Both the position numbers and the translations under genes were made by a program. Under the pieces are notes generated by a model, which searched no databases, was not told the DNA's origin, and saw nothing but the letters and a program-made list of their open reading frames with translations. This document shows, one piece after another, positions 52,001 to 64,000 of a stretch of 64,000 nucleotides of DNA (within the stretch, counting starts at the first letter, position 1; every line of letters begins with the position of its first letter). Source of the stretch: Pelomyxa schiedti (Eukaryota; Protista; Evosea); NCBI GenBank assembly GCA_020536535.1, contig JAHLWZ010000663.1:45912-109911 (forward strand). Reading direction: 5' to 3'.

Positions 52001-54357
52001 GATCATCTCATTCCCTCCTGTACCATGAGGTGTGCAAAAGGTGATTTTGGAGAAATTAAGCTCGGATACAAATTTTATGAGGAACAATGCGTTTTGCATG
52101 CATTGCCATAGCGTTCGGGGATTTTCTACAACATTCATACGTGAAGGTGTCCCACTAAGGATCTAAGTGATGAATAGAACAATAAGAGCGAGGATTTTCC
52201 CCATTTTTTAGAAATCTCATTTTAGAAAGAAAAGAAAAACCTGGACACACCTCAACAAGAATAAGGAGAGCTACGCCATTCCGTAGATCAGTCCCAAGAT
52301 TTGATACTTTCTTAGCGGAAGGCTTCAGTGAAAGTTTTTCATTAATCTAATTGAATTAGAAGGGCAGACAAAAAAACAAAAAAATACCCATGAAACCAGT
52401 TCTGCATCTTCACTTGAAAGAGTAGAAGGGAGAGTCTCACTTTGGTGAGCATCCAAGTCAACTTCAATAAGGGCTTGAGAAAGGAGAGTTCGCACATGGG
52501 AAGTATCCTGAGGAAAGTTACGTAACTTCCACATTGAACAATTGTCTACTTTCATAATTGGACCTGCATATGATTTAGTCCTTGCCATCATTTGTGCCAG
52601 AGTGTGGAGGCTATTGATAACCTATAGTTTGTTTTCGTTATTTATTATCATGCCCTTAAGGTTCTCACCAAGGGAATATCTTTCTCTTCATACAGATCAG
52701 GTGTATTAAACATGTCACTTGATGTCATTCCTAGTCTCCTTACGGCTTGTAAATAAAGTCCAATATTTTCCTGGATTTGTGAAATGTAAATTAGAGTTCA
52801 ACCAAAAGACTAACCATTTGCCGGAATGGGATAGGTCCTTCATAAATCTTGGTTGGTGGCACAGAATCCGGTAATAATACATTGGCAAGCCTGTTTTCTC
52901 CCTTCACTAGACGAAAATTCATGGTTTCACTTACTGGCAGAGTATAACTCCCGATTTTAGAGTACTGGCCAGATTTTTTCCAGTGAATAGGTCAGGTTTT
53001 CCCATTACTCCGGATATCCAGTCTGTTATATGTCTGAATTTGGGTTGGTGTATTTAGGAAACTCTTGGTTTTAAATGTCAGAAGGGGGTCTATACTTTTC
53101 CAGTTCTGAACTGTATTTAAATTCATTCTTAGTTTTTATATCATCTTCCAGGCTTGTGACTGTTGGTGCTGGGGGAGGCCCAGAAAAATACATTGAATTT
53201 GTATGAGTAAGAGGTGGGTGAGGTTTTTGGTGTTCCAACTGTGGTGGAGGAGAAGCAGAGCGATGGCGAACGTGTTTAGTTTCTTTGTTGGGTTCAATAC
53301 ATGTCGGACTTGATGCACATGAATTTGCAGAGCAGCTGAGAACAGTCGAGTAATTTGGTATTTGCATGGACAATGGCCGCCTTCCTGTTGATGGACTTTT
53401 ATTTGTGGGGGTTGATGCTTTTAAGTTTGATGAAGGGTGTGAATTCATCCGACTAGGAGAAGATGGCAATCGGTTAGACTGCGGCGATAGGCTAGGGGAT
53501 GAAGACGCGGAATTAAAGTGTGGTTGAGATGAAGATAAAGTGGGAGAGGAAGGTGGAGAGGTTGAAGGCAGGAGCAAACGATGAGGGGAAGGATTACGCA
53601 GTGCAGTTAATGGGAGTGAAGCGGATTTCATTAAATCGCCACGGTTTTGGTTCCCAGGTGTGCTGGAATTTACACTGCTGCGTTGAATGAATTGATGCAA
53701 GCTGTTCAGTGATACTATGACCTGAAAAAAAAAAGTGTGAATTGACTGTTTCTGGTAGTTTTTAATTTACAACTTCAGATATCATACAGCATTGGGATCC
53801 TTTCGTTCATAAAGGTCAGGTGTCCTAAACAAATGCGAGATACCTATCCCTTCACACGCCCTCACAAACGTGGTAATGTTTTCCTAGAAAACCAAAGAAT
53901 TTTAGTTAATAATAAAGGAGAGACACGCACATACTATCTGCAAAAATCCTATGAGTGGTTGTTTGCGGTTCACACGTGAAACCCAAAGTGGTGCCACCTT
54001 GAGCATCAAATCACACAGAAGAATGCCGTCTCTCAGTAGCTCATAAAGCCTTCCATGCACACCACTTTTGTGCTCAGATAACCTACCCTCTCTTCCCTCC
54101 TGCAATAACACAATTGAAGAGAAGAGTCAAATGTACTGGGAAAAAAAAGGGGGAAGAAAAAAAAAAAGAATGGGAAGCCAGCAACATACCGTTTGAGGAA
54201 TCGAACATTTGCAGCAAGAGCAACACAACCTAGGGTGGTTTCCCAACAAATTGCACATCCACTCCCTCACAGAGATCTCTACCTCCGCATTCGAGTCGTA
54301 CTTCTCCTGCATTGCCTTAGGCAGCTCATCTTCATCGACACAACCTCCACCGCTCAT
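49044..54357 (-). CDS. RhoGEF (DH-PH) with three calponin-homology domains; multi-exon
   Basis: CH1 LRDGILLCDLM...ENITTF, CH2 LKSGVILCQ...ENIGLYL...DLYEEKD, CH3 DLRNGVALLILVE. DH: LDSFLIMPIQR/LPRYMLLISDLLKYT...HPD. Confidence 0.85.
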
Positions 54358-54673
54358 CTTCTGCTTTTTTTTTTTTTTTAAACTAAAATGTGCAATGTTG
54401 CACGCGGCGTGTCGCGGCAAAGCCCCGGCTTTCTCACTTTTTTTGGCAGTCGGTTCTTCCCCGAAGAACGAAAGCCAAAAACTTCAGGCCCAGAGATGTT
54501 TTTTCTTTTTTGCAGATGGAGTCAGTGCCGAGCCTTCTGCTCGGAACACCCGGTTTCGTGCCTCCAGAGTCTCTTCTCCGAGACCCTGCATCTCAGTTTC
54601 CAAAATTGAACAGTGATCCGTTGTTTTCCTTTGAAGAATTTCCCAACCAAATTACTTCAAAAAAAGAAAACAA

Positions 54674-56000
54674 ATGAGCAACACAACCACACAGCCTACG
54701 GCACCTACGTCAAGATCTGCATGTGGGACACCAGTGCAGCAAGATCTTGGAACCAACAGACCGTATGATAGGGATGACTACTTCAGGGTGGACAGGTGGT
54801 ACAATGACATAAGGGCGGAGACGTTCCCTACGGAGTTGTTGGATATAAACCTTGACGAGGGCAGGGTCATTGCAAAGGCTTATCAAAATACAAGATTTGT
54901 AAAGTGTGTTCCGCTCATTTGCATACCATCGTTATCCTATTTCTCGTTTTGACCTCTCTTCTCAGTCAAGTTCTGGAATGGGCAAACACCCCAGAGGAGC
55001 TTAAACAAGCGGAAGAATCAGCAGCCAAAGTGAGAATACTGAAACCAGCAGAGAAACTTATACTCGACAATCTCGTTGCCAGGGTTGATGTTCTTGTGAA
55101 GAAGTGCCCACACGGCGCTTGTGTCAAATTCTGTACGTGCTCAAATCCCTAAATATTGTGCTGAACGCACACCAACAACTTTGTTTTCCAGCAACAAGGA
55201 GCCCAAAGGATGCCGTGCTCAAATCAGATGCATTACAGAGATACCTTCAGCAGGCCTTGTCCACACGCGAAGCACTTTTAACCAGTGGTATGGACTGGAA
55301 ACAGCTTGCAGTACTTGCTTTTATACGCGGTGCAAGTCTATCACTTAGGGTATCCAGTGGTGCCGAGGCGATGAAATATGCAACAGGCAGCCAGCGAGTG
55401 CATGCTGATATTTCAAATATGGAATTGCAGCACTCTGATAACCCATTCAATCTGCAGGTTGCCATCAGGGCATGGGATACTAGGGTGGAGCCCGAGTGGG
55501 AATTCCGAATGTTTGTATATAATCATGTACCAACTGCGGCAACACAATACTCGCGTCTTGTCTATGTTCCCGAGCTAGCAGCGCAACGAGAAAAAGTTTC
55601 CAGAGCGTTACTGGACTACCACAATAGAGTCAAGCACCTAATTCCACTTCCCAACTACACACTGGACATATCCACCGACTCCAAACTGTCCCACTTTGTA
55701 ATTGTGGAGCTCAATCATCTTCCACCCATTGCCGGGACTTCCTTGTTTAACTGGGATGACCCCACAGACCGAAATATTGTGGAAAACGGGCCATTCACCC
55801 TGAGGGTCAACACAGCGCTATCACCAACGGCCTTCCAGGAAATATGTGCATTGGAGCCAAAGGTGGCAAAAACACTGAAAGAAATGAGGGCACTCTCTTC
55901 GCAGACAAGAAAGAGAAGGAAACACATGCAGCGTTTTGCTTGTATAGCCTTGGTTTCAGCCATCCTTTTAGGGCTTGTGTTGTCTTGGTGGTTCAAATAA
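54674..56000 (+). CDS. Cdc123/D123-like (R2K) ATP-grasp protein with a C-terminal transmembrane anchor; 3 exons
   Basis: TRSPKDA, SQRVHADI, IRAW...EWEFRMFV...ATQY, IVELN...GTSLFNW...D...GPF. The C-terminal FACIALVSAILLGLVLSWWFK is hydrophobic. Confidence 0.8.
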
Positions 56001-56066
56001 ACAGAAGACAAACTCTCTTCTCTCTCAATTTTTTCGTTCGTCGGGGAGCAAAAAAAAAAACCAAAA

Positions 56067-57256
56067 ATGCAGTTCGTGAAGATGCACGGGTGCGGGAACG
56101 ACTACGTGTTCATCGACGGGTGGAGGGAACCCATCAGCGGCCTCCATGACATCCCCAGCCTCGCCAGGCGACTCAGCCACAGGCACTTTGGCGTGGGCTC
56201 CGACGGCCTCATCATTGTGGCCCCTCCCCTCGACCCCAGTAACCCCACCACTTTGCCTTTCGTCCTCCCCTCTCTCTCTCTTCTTCCCTTTCGATTGCTC
56301 CTAGTGTGGTAGTGGTGGTGGTGGTTGTTGTTGGCGGCGGTGTGTTCTAACCCACAGGCGTTGCGGACGCCAGGATGTTGATGTGGAACGCGGACGGCAG
56401 CGAGGCCGAGATGTGTGGAAACGGCATACGCTGCGCGGCCAAGTTGGTGTGGGACCGCCGCCACGCCCCCAGTGCCACGCCCATAATTGTGCACCAGCGG
56501 CAGGAGGAGGGAGAGGAGAAGGGGCAGGCAGTTTTGAGGATATCAACTGGGGCGGGGGTGCTGGCGGCTAGGCTGAGACTGAGCCCTGAGGGGGTGTGTG
56601 AGGGGGCCACGGTGTGCATGGGGAGGCCCAGGCTGGTGCCACGTGAGGTGCCGGTGATTTCTGGGAATCTGGTGTGTGCCAGATATGGCTATTCACCCTT
56701 TTTCTGTGTGGGTTGCATGGGGGTGGATTTATGGCAAATTGTTGACGGCTAATCCCTGATTGTTTCTATTTGCGTGGGCATTTTGTTAGCACCCAACTCA
56801 CTCATTTTTTTTTAGGTATTGACTGTTCCATTGGCTGTGCCATCCGTTCCCGAGTTAAGGCTGAGAGCGGTTGGTATGGGGAACCCCCACGCAGTGGCCA
56901 TAGTAGGTGATATTGACCAGTTCCCGGTTGCTGTGGTTGGCCCTCTCATCGAGAACAACCCACTGTTCCCAAACAGAGTCAATGTAGAGTTCACCAGTGC
57001 CATACCGACCCCCAAAGGACACATTCCAATCATCCGGCAACGCACCTGGGAACGTGGAAGCGGCATAACACAAGCCTGCGGAACTGGTGCCTGCGCCACT
57101 GTTGTTGCATGGATCCTTGATGGACTTCTGCCTGAACGCGAGGCAATTGTGAGGCTGGATGGTGGTGACTTACACATACATTGGCCAACTCCAGACTCTG
57201 AAGTTTTCATGGAAGGTGATGCTGTCAAGGTGTTTGAGGGGACTGCTAGACTCTGA
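56067..57256 (+). CDS. dapF: Diaminopimelate epimerase; 3 exons
   Basis: [69 protein letters not shown]. Both catalytic cysteines are present. Confidence 0.95.
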
Positions 57257-57353
57257 AAATGACACATGGCCATTTAAAAAAAAACACCCAAGAAGAATTT
57301 CATTGAGTGAACTGTTGTATTTTCTTTTTAAGCTTGAAATAGCTTCAGCTGTA

Positions 57354-60300
57354 TCAGTCATCACTGTCACAGGACTCGTCGTCATCGTCCTCGTCCTTGT
57401 CCTTGTCCTTGTCCGTATGAAAGCCGCGCAGATATTCACCTGAAGTTGTGTGCCTGTCTTCCGTGGCCTGCCGCACTTGTTCCATTCTCATATGTAACTG
57501 AGGCGCTTTTTCCTCATCGCTGTCATCGCTGACGTAACTACCGTCGCTGTCCTCGCTGTCTGAATCCGACTTTGGGCCCCCCCTTCCGCTGCTATCGTCG
57601 TCGTCGTCATCGTCGTGGTCTTCGTCATCGCTGTGGACGGGCGCGAGGGGGTCGAACGCCCGGAACTTAGGACAGCACCCCACGTGCGTAACCAAAGCGC
57701 ACTTTGTGCACTTGTAGTGCTGCTCCTCCGCGATCGGCCTGTAGCACTTGTCACACCGCACCGCGCGCTCGTCGTCGCCGTCGCCGTCGGCGCCTTCTGG
57801 CTTGGGCGAGGCCGCCTCCTCGAGGGCCAGGGGGTCCTTGTGCTTCTTGATCTTGATCATCGGCGGCGGCGGGACCCAGCCAGCCGTGCACTTGACGTGG
57901 CACCAGTCGTTGCAGCTCTCGCAGAAGTAGACGTACACCTGCGCATCTTTGTCGCCGTCACTGCCGCATACACAGCAGTTGTGTTTGAGGTATCCTGGGT
58001 TATTGCCGAACTGGAGCGGGTGCTTGTGCTCGTTGTTGAGGATGATCCACTTCTGTGGGTTCTGCGGATTCTCGAGGCACTCGATGTGGAAGAACACGTT
58101 CTCGGTGTGGCACTTGTACGCCCACGCGGGTCCCGGTTTTGGCTTGTTGCAGTGGTGGCACGTGAACTCGCCGCTGCTCAGGACCAGCTGCACTGGGTGT
58201 GTGTCTTGGTTGCACTTCTTCCACGTCAGTGGCTTCCCCTCGACGTCGGGAAGTTCCGTGGCTGACAGACAACATCTCACGTGAAGGCCGTATTCATCGA
58301 GCTTGCAATAATAAAACTGCTGGCCAATTTTGATCTCACCATCACATTTGGAACACTCACTTTCACAATACCCAGAAGCCGACGTCAGGGCCAGTGGATG
58401 AGGGTGTGCTCTCTCACCTGAGTCGAGGACCAGATTTGGAAGTTCACGAGGCTTTCCAGCACACTGTGGGTGGAAATAAACACCTTCTGGTTTGCACACT
58501 TTGCACTCAAGTGCCCAGCATGATCCCGGTTTGTCACAGCGGCAACAGTGGAAGTCCTTCACGAACACCATTTTCAACGGGTGTGGGTCTTCAGCGAATT
58601 TCTTCCAGCTGTTTGGCTCTGCCTCGGGATCGGGAAGTGCTTCACAGGGTTGTGTCAGAGTGCATTCAACATCCACGTAGAACGGAGGCTTTTCACAGTC
58701 AACGCAGGTGTAATACGAGTCGGGGCAAGGTTGCTTGCAGAGACCGCACCGAAGCTCACGCAAGCCCCATACTTTCTCAGCGAGTTTGACAGGATGTGGG
58801 TGACATTCGAGGTTCAGCCATTTGGATAACGGGCGGGGATCACCGAGGCAGGAAGGCTCGAAGTCAAGGTCCCTCTTGGGGCAGTGATAAACCCAGCCCC
58901 CTTCTTCTTTTTCCTTTTTGCACTGCTCGCACTGATAAGAACCGCTCTTGAAGACCAGTTGAAGTGGTGTCTCCTGTGCCTCAAACATGCTCCATGAGAA
59001 TATTGTGTTTGGTTTTGGTGGTGGATCTATCTTTTTCTGTTTGAGGCACTTTGTAATTTCAACATTGTGCCAGCACTTTTCGCAGTGATATACAGGGGGG
59101 GAACTCCTCTGGTCCAGACAAACTGGGTGCTCATGACCTTTGTATGTAATCCAGTCTGGCAACTCAGAGGCACCTGACGTGCACCGTGGATGGAAGTCCT
59201 GACTCTCTAAATGGCAGTGATATGCCAATCCCGATCCACCCTCTTCACATTTTGAACAGACAAACTCTGGAGTCGACAGCAACTCGAGAGGGTGTTTGTG
59301 AGACTCGAACTTCATCCACTTGTAAGAGTCGACGGACCATGGGAATTTGAGGTGGGCAAAATCTTTGAAGAGAACATGAACCGAATGTTTGGAAACCATC
59401 TCCCCTGATTGGTTCAGAACCACGATCGTGGGTTCGGCTGTTTGAAGAGAGAGAAAGAAAAAAAATGTAAAAAGAAAAAAAGGGACAAAAGAATCTGGAG
59501 GACAACACACATGGAGTGACATCAAACAGATCCACGAGAGTCTCTTGCAATTCCCTTTCGTCAAACGGAAGATGTGACCAGCCATTGATATCCTTTCGTG
59601 CATTGTTCTTGAACAGTCTTGCAGAGCGATCACAGGAGATCTCAATGATAGCGAACGTGTTCTTTGGTTGTTCTCGAATGAGAGATTCATAGTTTTCTGC
59701 AAGGTGAGCTGTGCACTTCTTGCTTCTTGGATTTGAGTAATTCGAGAAAAACAAACCCAGGAACTTGGGCATCTGCTTTGGTTTTTGTGCTGAAGTCCAC
59801 ACTTTCGTCTTCAGTTTATCCACCTGTGGTTGAACAACCTTTGTATCCACCTCCCTCTCTGTTGTGATTGCTCCAATGATTGCACGTGACTTCAGAAGGC
59901 TTTTGTTTTCCACAGTGAGGCCTTTGACTGTTTGCACGGTTGCATTAGCCGCAACAAGTGGCTGCATCGTGTGGCCTGTTCTGTGAACCAATGTTGCAAT
60001 GAGTCCTTCACCGTTAGGCTTTCTTTCCACACGAATGTAGTGGATATCTCTTCCAGCAACAACAACAAGAATGTTGTCACCAGATGCCGTCACTGAGAAT
60101 ATGTGTCCTGAAAATGGACCCAAAGTGAGGATGCACCTCTTTGGCCAGACCAATTGCCAGAGTAAAATCGTTGACTTGGTTGTGGCGATGGCGGCCACTT
60201 CCCCCTTAAAAAACAGGCACCACGGTCCACCTTGCACAGTGGCACCCATCTTGTGCTGGAGGAAACCTTGTTCTTGCCTGGTGGAATTCTCCCAAGCCTC

Positions 60301-63300
60301 GTAGAGATTCTTTTTTTCTGGGTCACTCTCTGGCAGGTCACTCACCAAGGCAGCGCACTCAAGCAGGTTAAGGTCCAGGGCAACTACAGTGTCTTCGACC
60401 AAGAATAAAAGGTGTCGATCTTCACTTGCACTGTCTGATGCACAACCTTTATCAGCAAGCAGTTTACGGCCCTTTTCTGTCAGCAGCTTTCTGTTGGAAT
60501 CATATTCTGGACTGTATTCGAAAATTGAAGAGTTGCATTCTTTGGTTGTAACTCCTGGGAAAATAAAACCGGGTGAGGGAAACGGAAACGATGGCGTTTT
60601 CGTGATTGTGTGTGTCTCCTGGTCAATGAATACTGCGATATTCCGCCTCTTATGTTTTGTCATGAGCACCATTACTGATTTCCAAGATGGAGACACAACC
60701 ACGGTGTCCCAAAGTACGCTTGCTAGTGGAAGCTTGATTGGTTCCTCCAAGATCAAGCTTGGCGTTGAAAATACTTGTGGAGTCGAGGCTGTGGAACATG
60801 ATGACACCCGAGTATCAGTGGAAACCACAGTCGTTTCTCCACTCATCACTTTCCACACACAGAACATATTGTTGGGATCTTTTGGGATGTCTTTGTCACA
60901 AAAAACCTTGAAATCCTCACTCCCTGGCTCTGGGGTATCATCACCAGCGATATCTCTGTAAATCTCATCGCTGTCGCATTGATCTTCCTTTTCTTTTTCT
61001 CTTACATCATCTCCAACTTTCTTTCTTGTGAGAGCCACACCGAACTTCGCATGTTCACCTTCCTTTGCCGGGAAGAACGACCAAGCCTTGAACTCAAAAT
61101 CGGTTAGTGTGTTGTTGTGTTGGACCATGGTGCCACTGCTCAAATCCCACAAGAACACCGTCGAGGCATCACACCCAGCGACGTACTTCCCATCAGATGA
61201 GAAACAAGGACGCAGATTCTTCTTGTTTGCCTCGTCGAAGTCATGTGGAAGTGGCAATTGTTTGAGACCATCACTTGTCCACATCTCATGCACAAGAACC
61301 CACTTGGAGGATTGGTTTGCATGTTCTTGTGGTGGATTGCTCCCGGAGGAAGAAGCGGCACTCGTCTTCTTCGATTCGGCTGTGTGCTTCTTACTGTCAG
61401 TTTCCTTTGGTTCTGCTGGTCTCCTTGTGACGGTAAGCACTTTGGAGCCACAAGTAGCAACACAACGGCAGGGCCAACTCTCAGTGACCCGCATGTTCCC
61501 AGACGAAGCTTTGACCTCATAAATCTGGGAGTCTCCCAAATAACCAAGTGTGTCTTCACCAGTGAAGAAGCACTTTTGTGCCACGTCGCAGTTCACGTTC
61601 TGTGTCTCGACGTGCAGCAACTGTGTCCCAGCAAGAAGCCATGTCCCTTTGGGTGAGAAATAGAGGACAGAGAGTCCGGAGAACCCACCCTGTGGATCAC
61701 TGACTTGGTGCTCAAAAAGGATACGGAATTCACGCAAGTTCTTCTCAGAGAACTCCCACACCGTCACCTTTCCTGTAGCTTTGGAGAATCCGGCCAGTTT
61801 GTTTCTTGTTGGTGACAATGCAAACATCGAAATGTCGCTCCCAATGTTGGTTGGTGGGTCTTTTGGTGGCGGTGGGGTGCTCGTGGGATCCCCTATTTTT
61901 TCAGCAGTGGGCACCTCCCAGAAAGTGTGGTGATTGTCGGGGGTGTTGGTTGATGTTACTAAAAGAGAAGACTTGATGAAAAAGTGACCAACACAGTCGT
62001 TGAGCGTATGTTGTGGGTGGACTGCTTCTGTTCCTGTGGTTTTTGGGCTCTCTGGCTGTTGCAAGGCAGAAGAAGGGGGAGTCGATGTCGCGGTTGGAGT
62101 GGCAGTGGCAGAGGTCAGGGAATATATGAATGTGTCAAAACCATCCCGGCCTTCTTTGGAAACGGAAATGGCGAGAACGGTGGAATCTTCTGAGAAGCAA
62201 ATGCTTTTGATTGTGGCAGAAGACGACGAGTTGGACACAGCTGTGGACATTCCACCAATCTTGGACGCAGCTGTAGAGGGTTTTTCTTTTTTCCCATCTG
62301 TAGACTTTGGAAAATCAACGTCGACCCAGGTGTTGGGGTGAATGTCCAGAACCAACACAGACTGATCTCCAGACATGACGAAACATATTTTCTTCCCATT
62401 TGGAGAGAACTTGCACTGATTGCACTGAACCTCGGGGCCAACTTCCTTAAGTTCATGGTCCTCGTCAGTGATGTCACACAACAGTGGGAGGCCTTTGTTG
62501 CGTGGGCATGCACAAAGCCTCTTCCCGTCAGCAGAAACATCGACGCACGCAAGACCAACACCAAAATCGAAGGCAACCCTCTCGTTGAAGCTCACACCGG
62601 TCATGTTGCAGTGTGCCAAGTCAGCTCCACACAACCACACCTGCTGCATTTTGCAGTCACTGAAATCAGCATTCACCATACTGGCACCACCAAATATCCC
62701 ACCACTCAGGTCTGCACTGTTGATGTGGATGTGCCTCAAATCCGCGTTGGAGAAGTTGTGTTTTCCTTGAAGAAGAAGCGTCATCGCAGTTGATGCAGCT
62801 CTATCAGCTCTGTGAACCCTCACTTTGCTGCTGTGGGATTCTGTTGCACAACCTTCAATTTTTCTGTTTGTCCACTTGGAATTCTCAACGAGGAGAAGGA
62901 GTGATTTTCTCAGACTGAATGTGTCCTTGTTGCTCGCATCTTCTGGTGTTTCCAATGCATCGTCCCTCCTCATCATCTCCAACAAAAAGCTTACAACATC
63001 GTGGACTTTTACGAGAGAGGACTGGTTCACAACAAGCTCTTGTGGGTACTTCACAACCTTTGTTCTTTTTCCCTTCTCTTTTGCAGCTTGCATCTTCCTC
63101 AGCCTCCTTCGGAGATCGATCACAACCCCCAAACTTGGTCTGAAGTTGTTTTTTGTGATTGTGTACTCAACTTCTTCTTCAAGGTGCAACTCGGGCTTCA
63201 GTGTTTGCGAGAGAACAGAATCACAAGCCTCTTTCACACTGTGCCTACTAGAGTTCATACTGTGCAGGATGTCAGCTATGACTTTTTCCTTGTCAATAGA

Positions 63301-64000
63301 GCATCCCTGAGAGGATTGTGCTTGACAATGCAAGTGTGCCTCTTTTATTTTATGCATCAATTTATCAATACGCGGCCTCATCCCAATAATAAAAAAGAGC
63401 TTCTCAAATAGTCCTCTGAGTCTCTGGAAGTTTGCTTCCTGTTGTTTTTCTGCTGGTACAATAGCGGTGGAGGTGGAAGGCACTGCGGGTGTGGTTGCAG
63501 CCTTGGCAGAAGAAGTGCTTGGAACTGGTGCTGTTTGTTGCTTTTCAGGCACAGTGCTTGGTAGCAACACCCGGAACTTCAAAATACAGTTCTTGCACAG
63601 GTCAAAGTTGCATTTGTAACAATGCCAACGATCGTCATCAGGAGTGGTCAAATCACCCACACTGCTACAGATGTCACATCTCCACCCCCTGTAATCCACA
63701 TATGGGCAGTCCAAGCTCATTCCGTGCTGGCGTTCCAACTTGTGATTGTGGTTTGAAACCTCAGCCAGTTCAAGAGGAGGCGGATCGTCCATTGCAAGGA
63801 AACGGTCTTTGTACTTCAGAAACATATCCGTAATTTCATTACATTCATCTTCATCAACTTCGGCAAAGGGACCCATCATGGAGAACGACCTGAAGTCCTC
63901 GATGATGTCACCACCAACCTGGAAGTTGAACTTGACCTCCTCGACGTCGTCGGTGAGGTGCTGAGTGCACTGTGCCATCCTCTCTGGTGTGATCTTCGAC
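57354..64000 (-). CDS. Very large 5'-truncated protein: ZZ/DC1-like finger, pentapeptide repeats, WD40-like propeller, inactive nucleoredoxin-type thioredoxin, about 9 DC1/C1-like zinc fingers
   Basis: ORF 59245-63978 is open to the window edge. A GT-AG intron at 59438-59510 joins it in frame (TP-S-EPT) to ORF 57354-59702. Motifs: CDIC...WHCYKCNFDLCKNC, FSNADLRHIHINSADLSGG, CKFSPNGKK, FSPKG, FSSDGKY, LGLFFSNYSNPRS...FPWS, and repeated HxHP...CxxC...YxC...HxxC. Confidence 0.8.

Overview
This is eukaryotic, gene-dense genomic DNA with many short (about 30-70 nt) GT-AG introns, so most ORFs in the supplied track are exon fragments. The gene content looks amoebozoan (MrfA/MYRF, coactosin, Ssn6/TrfA, RhoGEFs, Rabs). 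Bacterial-type metabolic genes and amplification-type chimeras suggest an anaerobic amoeba sequenced from amplified DNA, possibly an archamoeba such as Pelomyxa (inference). I reconstructed 23 protein-coding genes by hand, plus two tRNAs (Asn, Cys) and two 100-N gaps. Highlights: (1) a Rho-like pseudoGTPase-Kelch-F-box gene ending in an intact Vint-type Hint self-cleavage domain; (2) a 5'-truncated, nearly intron-free NLR-like pentapeptide/WD40 protein fused to a catalytically dead nucleoredoxin-type thioredoxin and about nine DC1 zinc fingers; (3) intron-containing bacterial-type genes (His-rich membrane 4Fe-4S protein, guanylate kinase, secreted DUF362 protein, DapF); (4) a GRAM/PH-containing Qbc-SNARE; (5) a tail-anchored Cdc123-like ATP-grasp enzyme. 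Exon boundaries are manual and approximate, and family calls come from motif recognition, not database searches.
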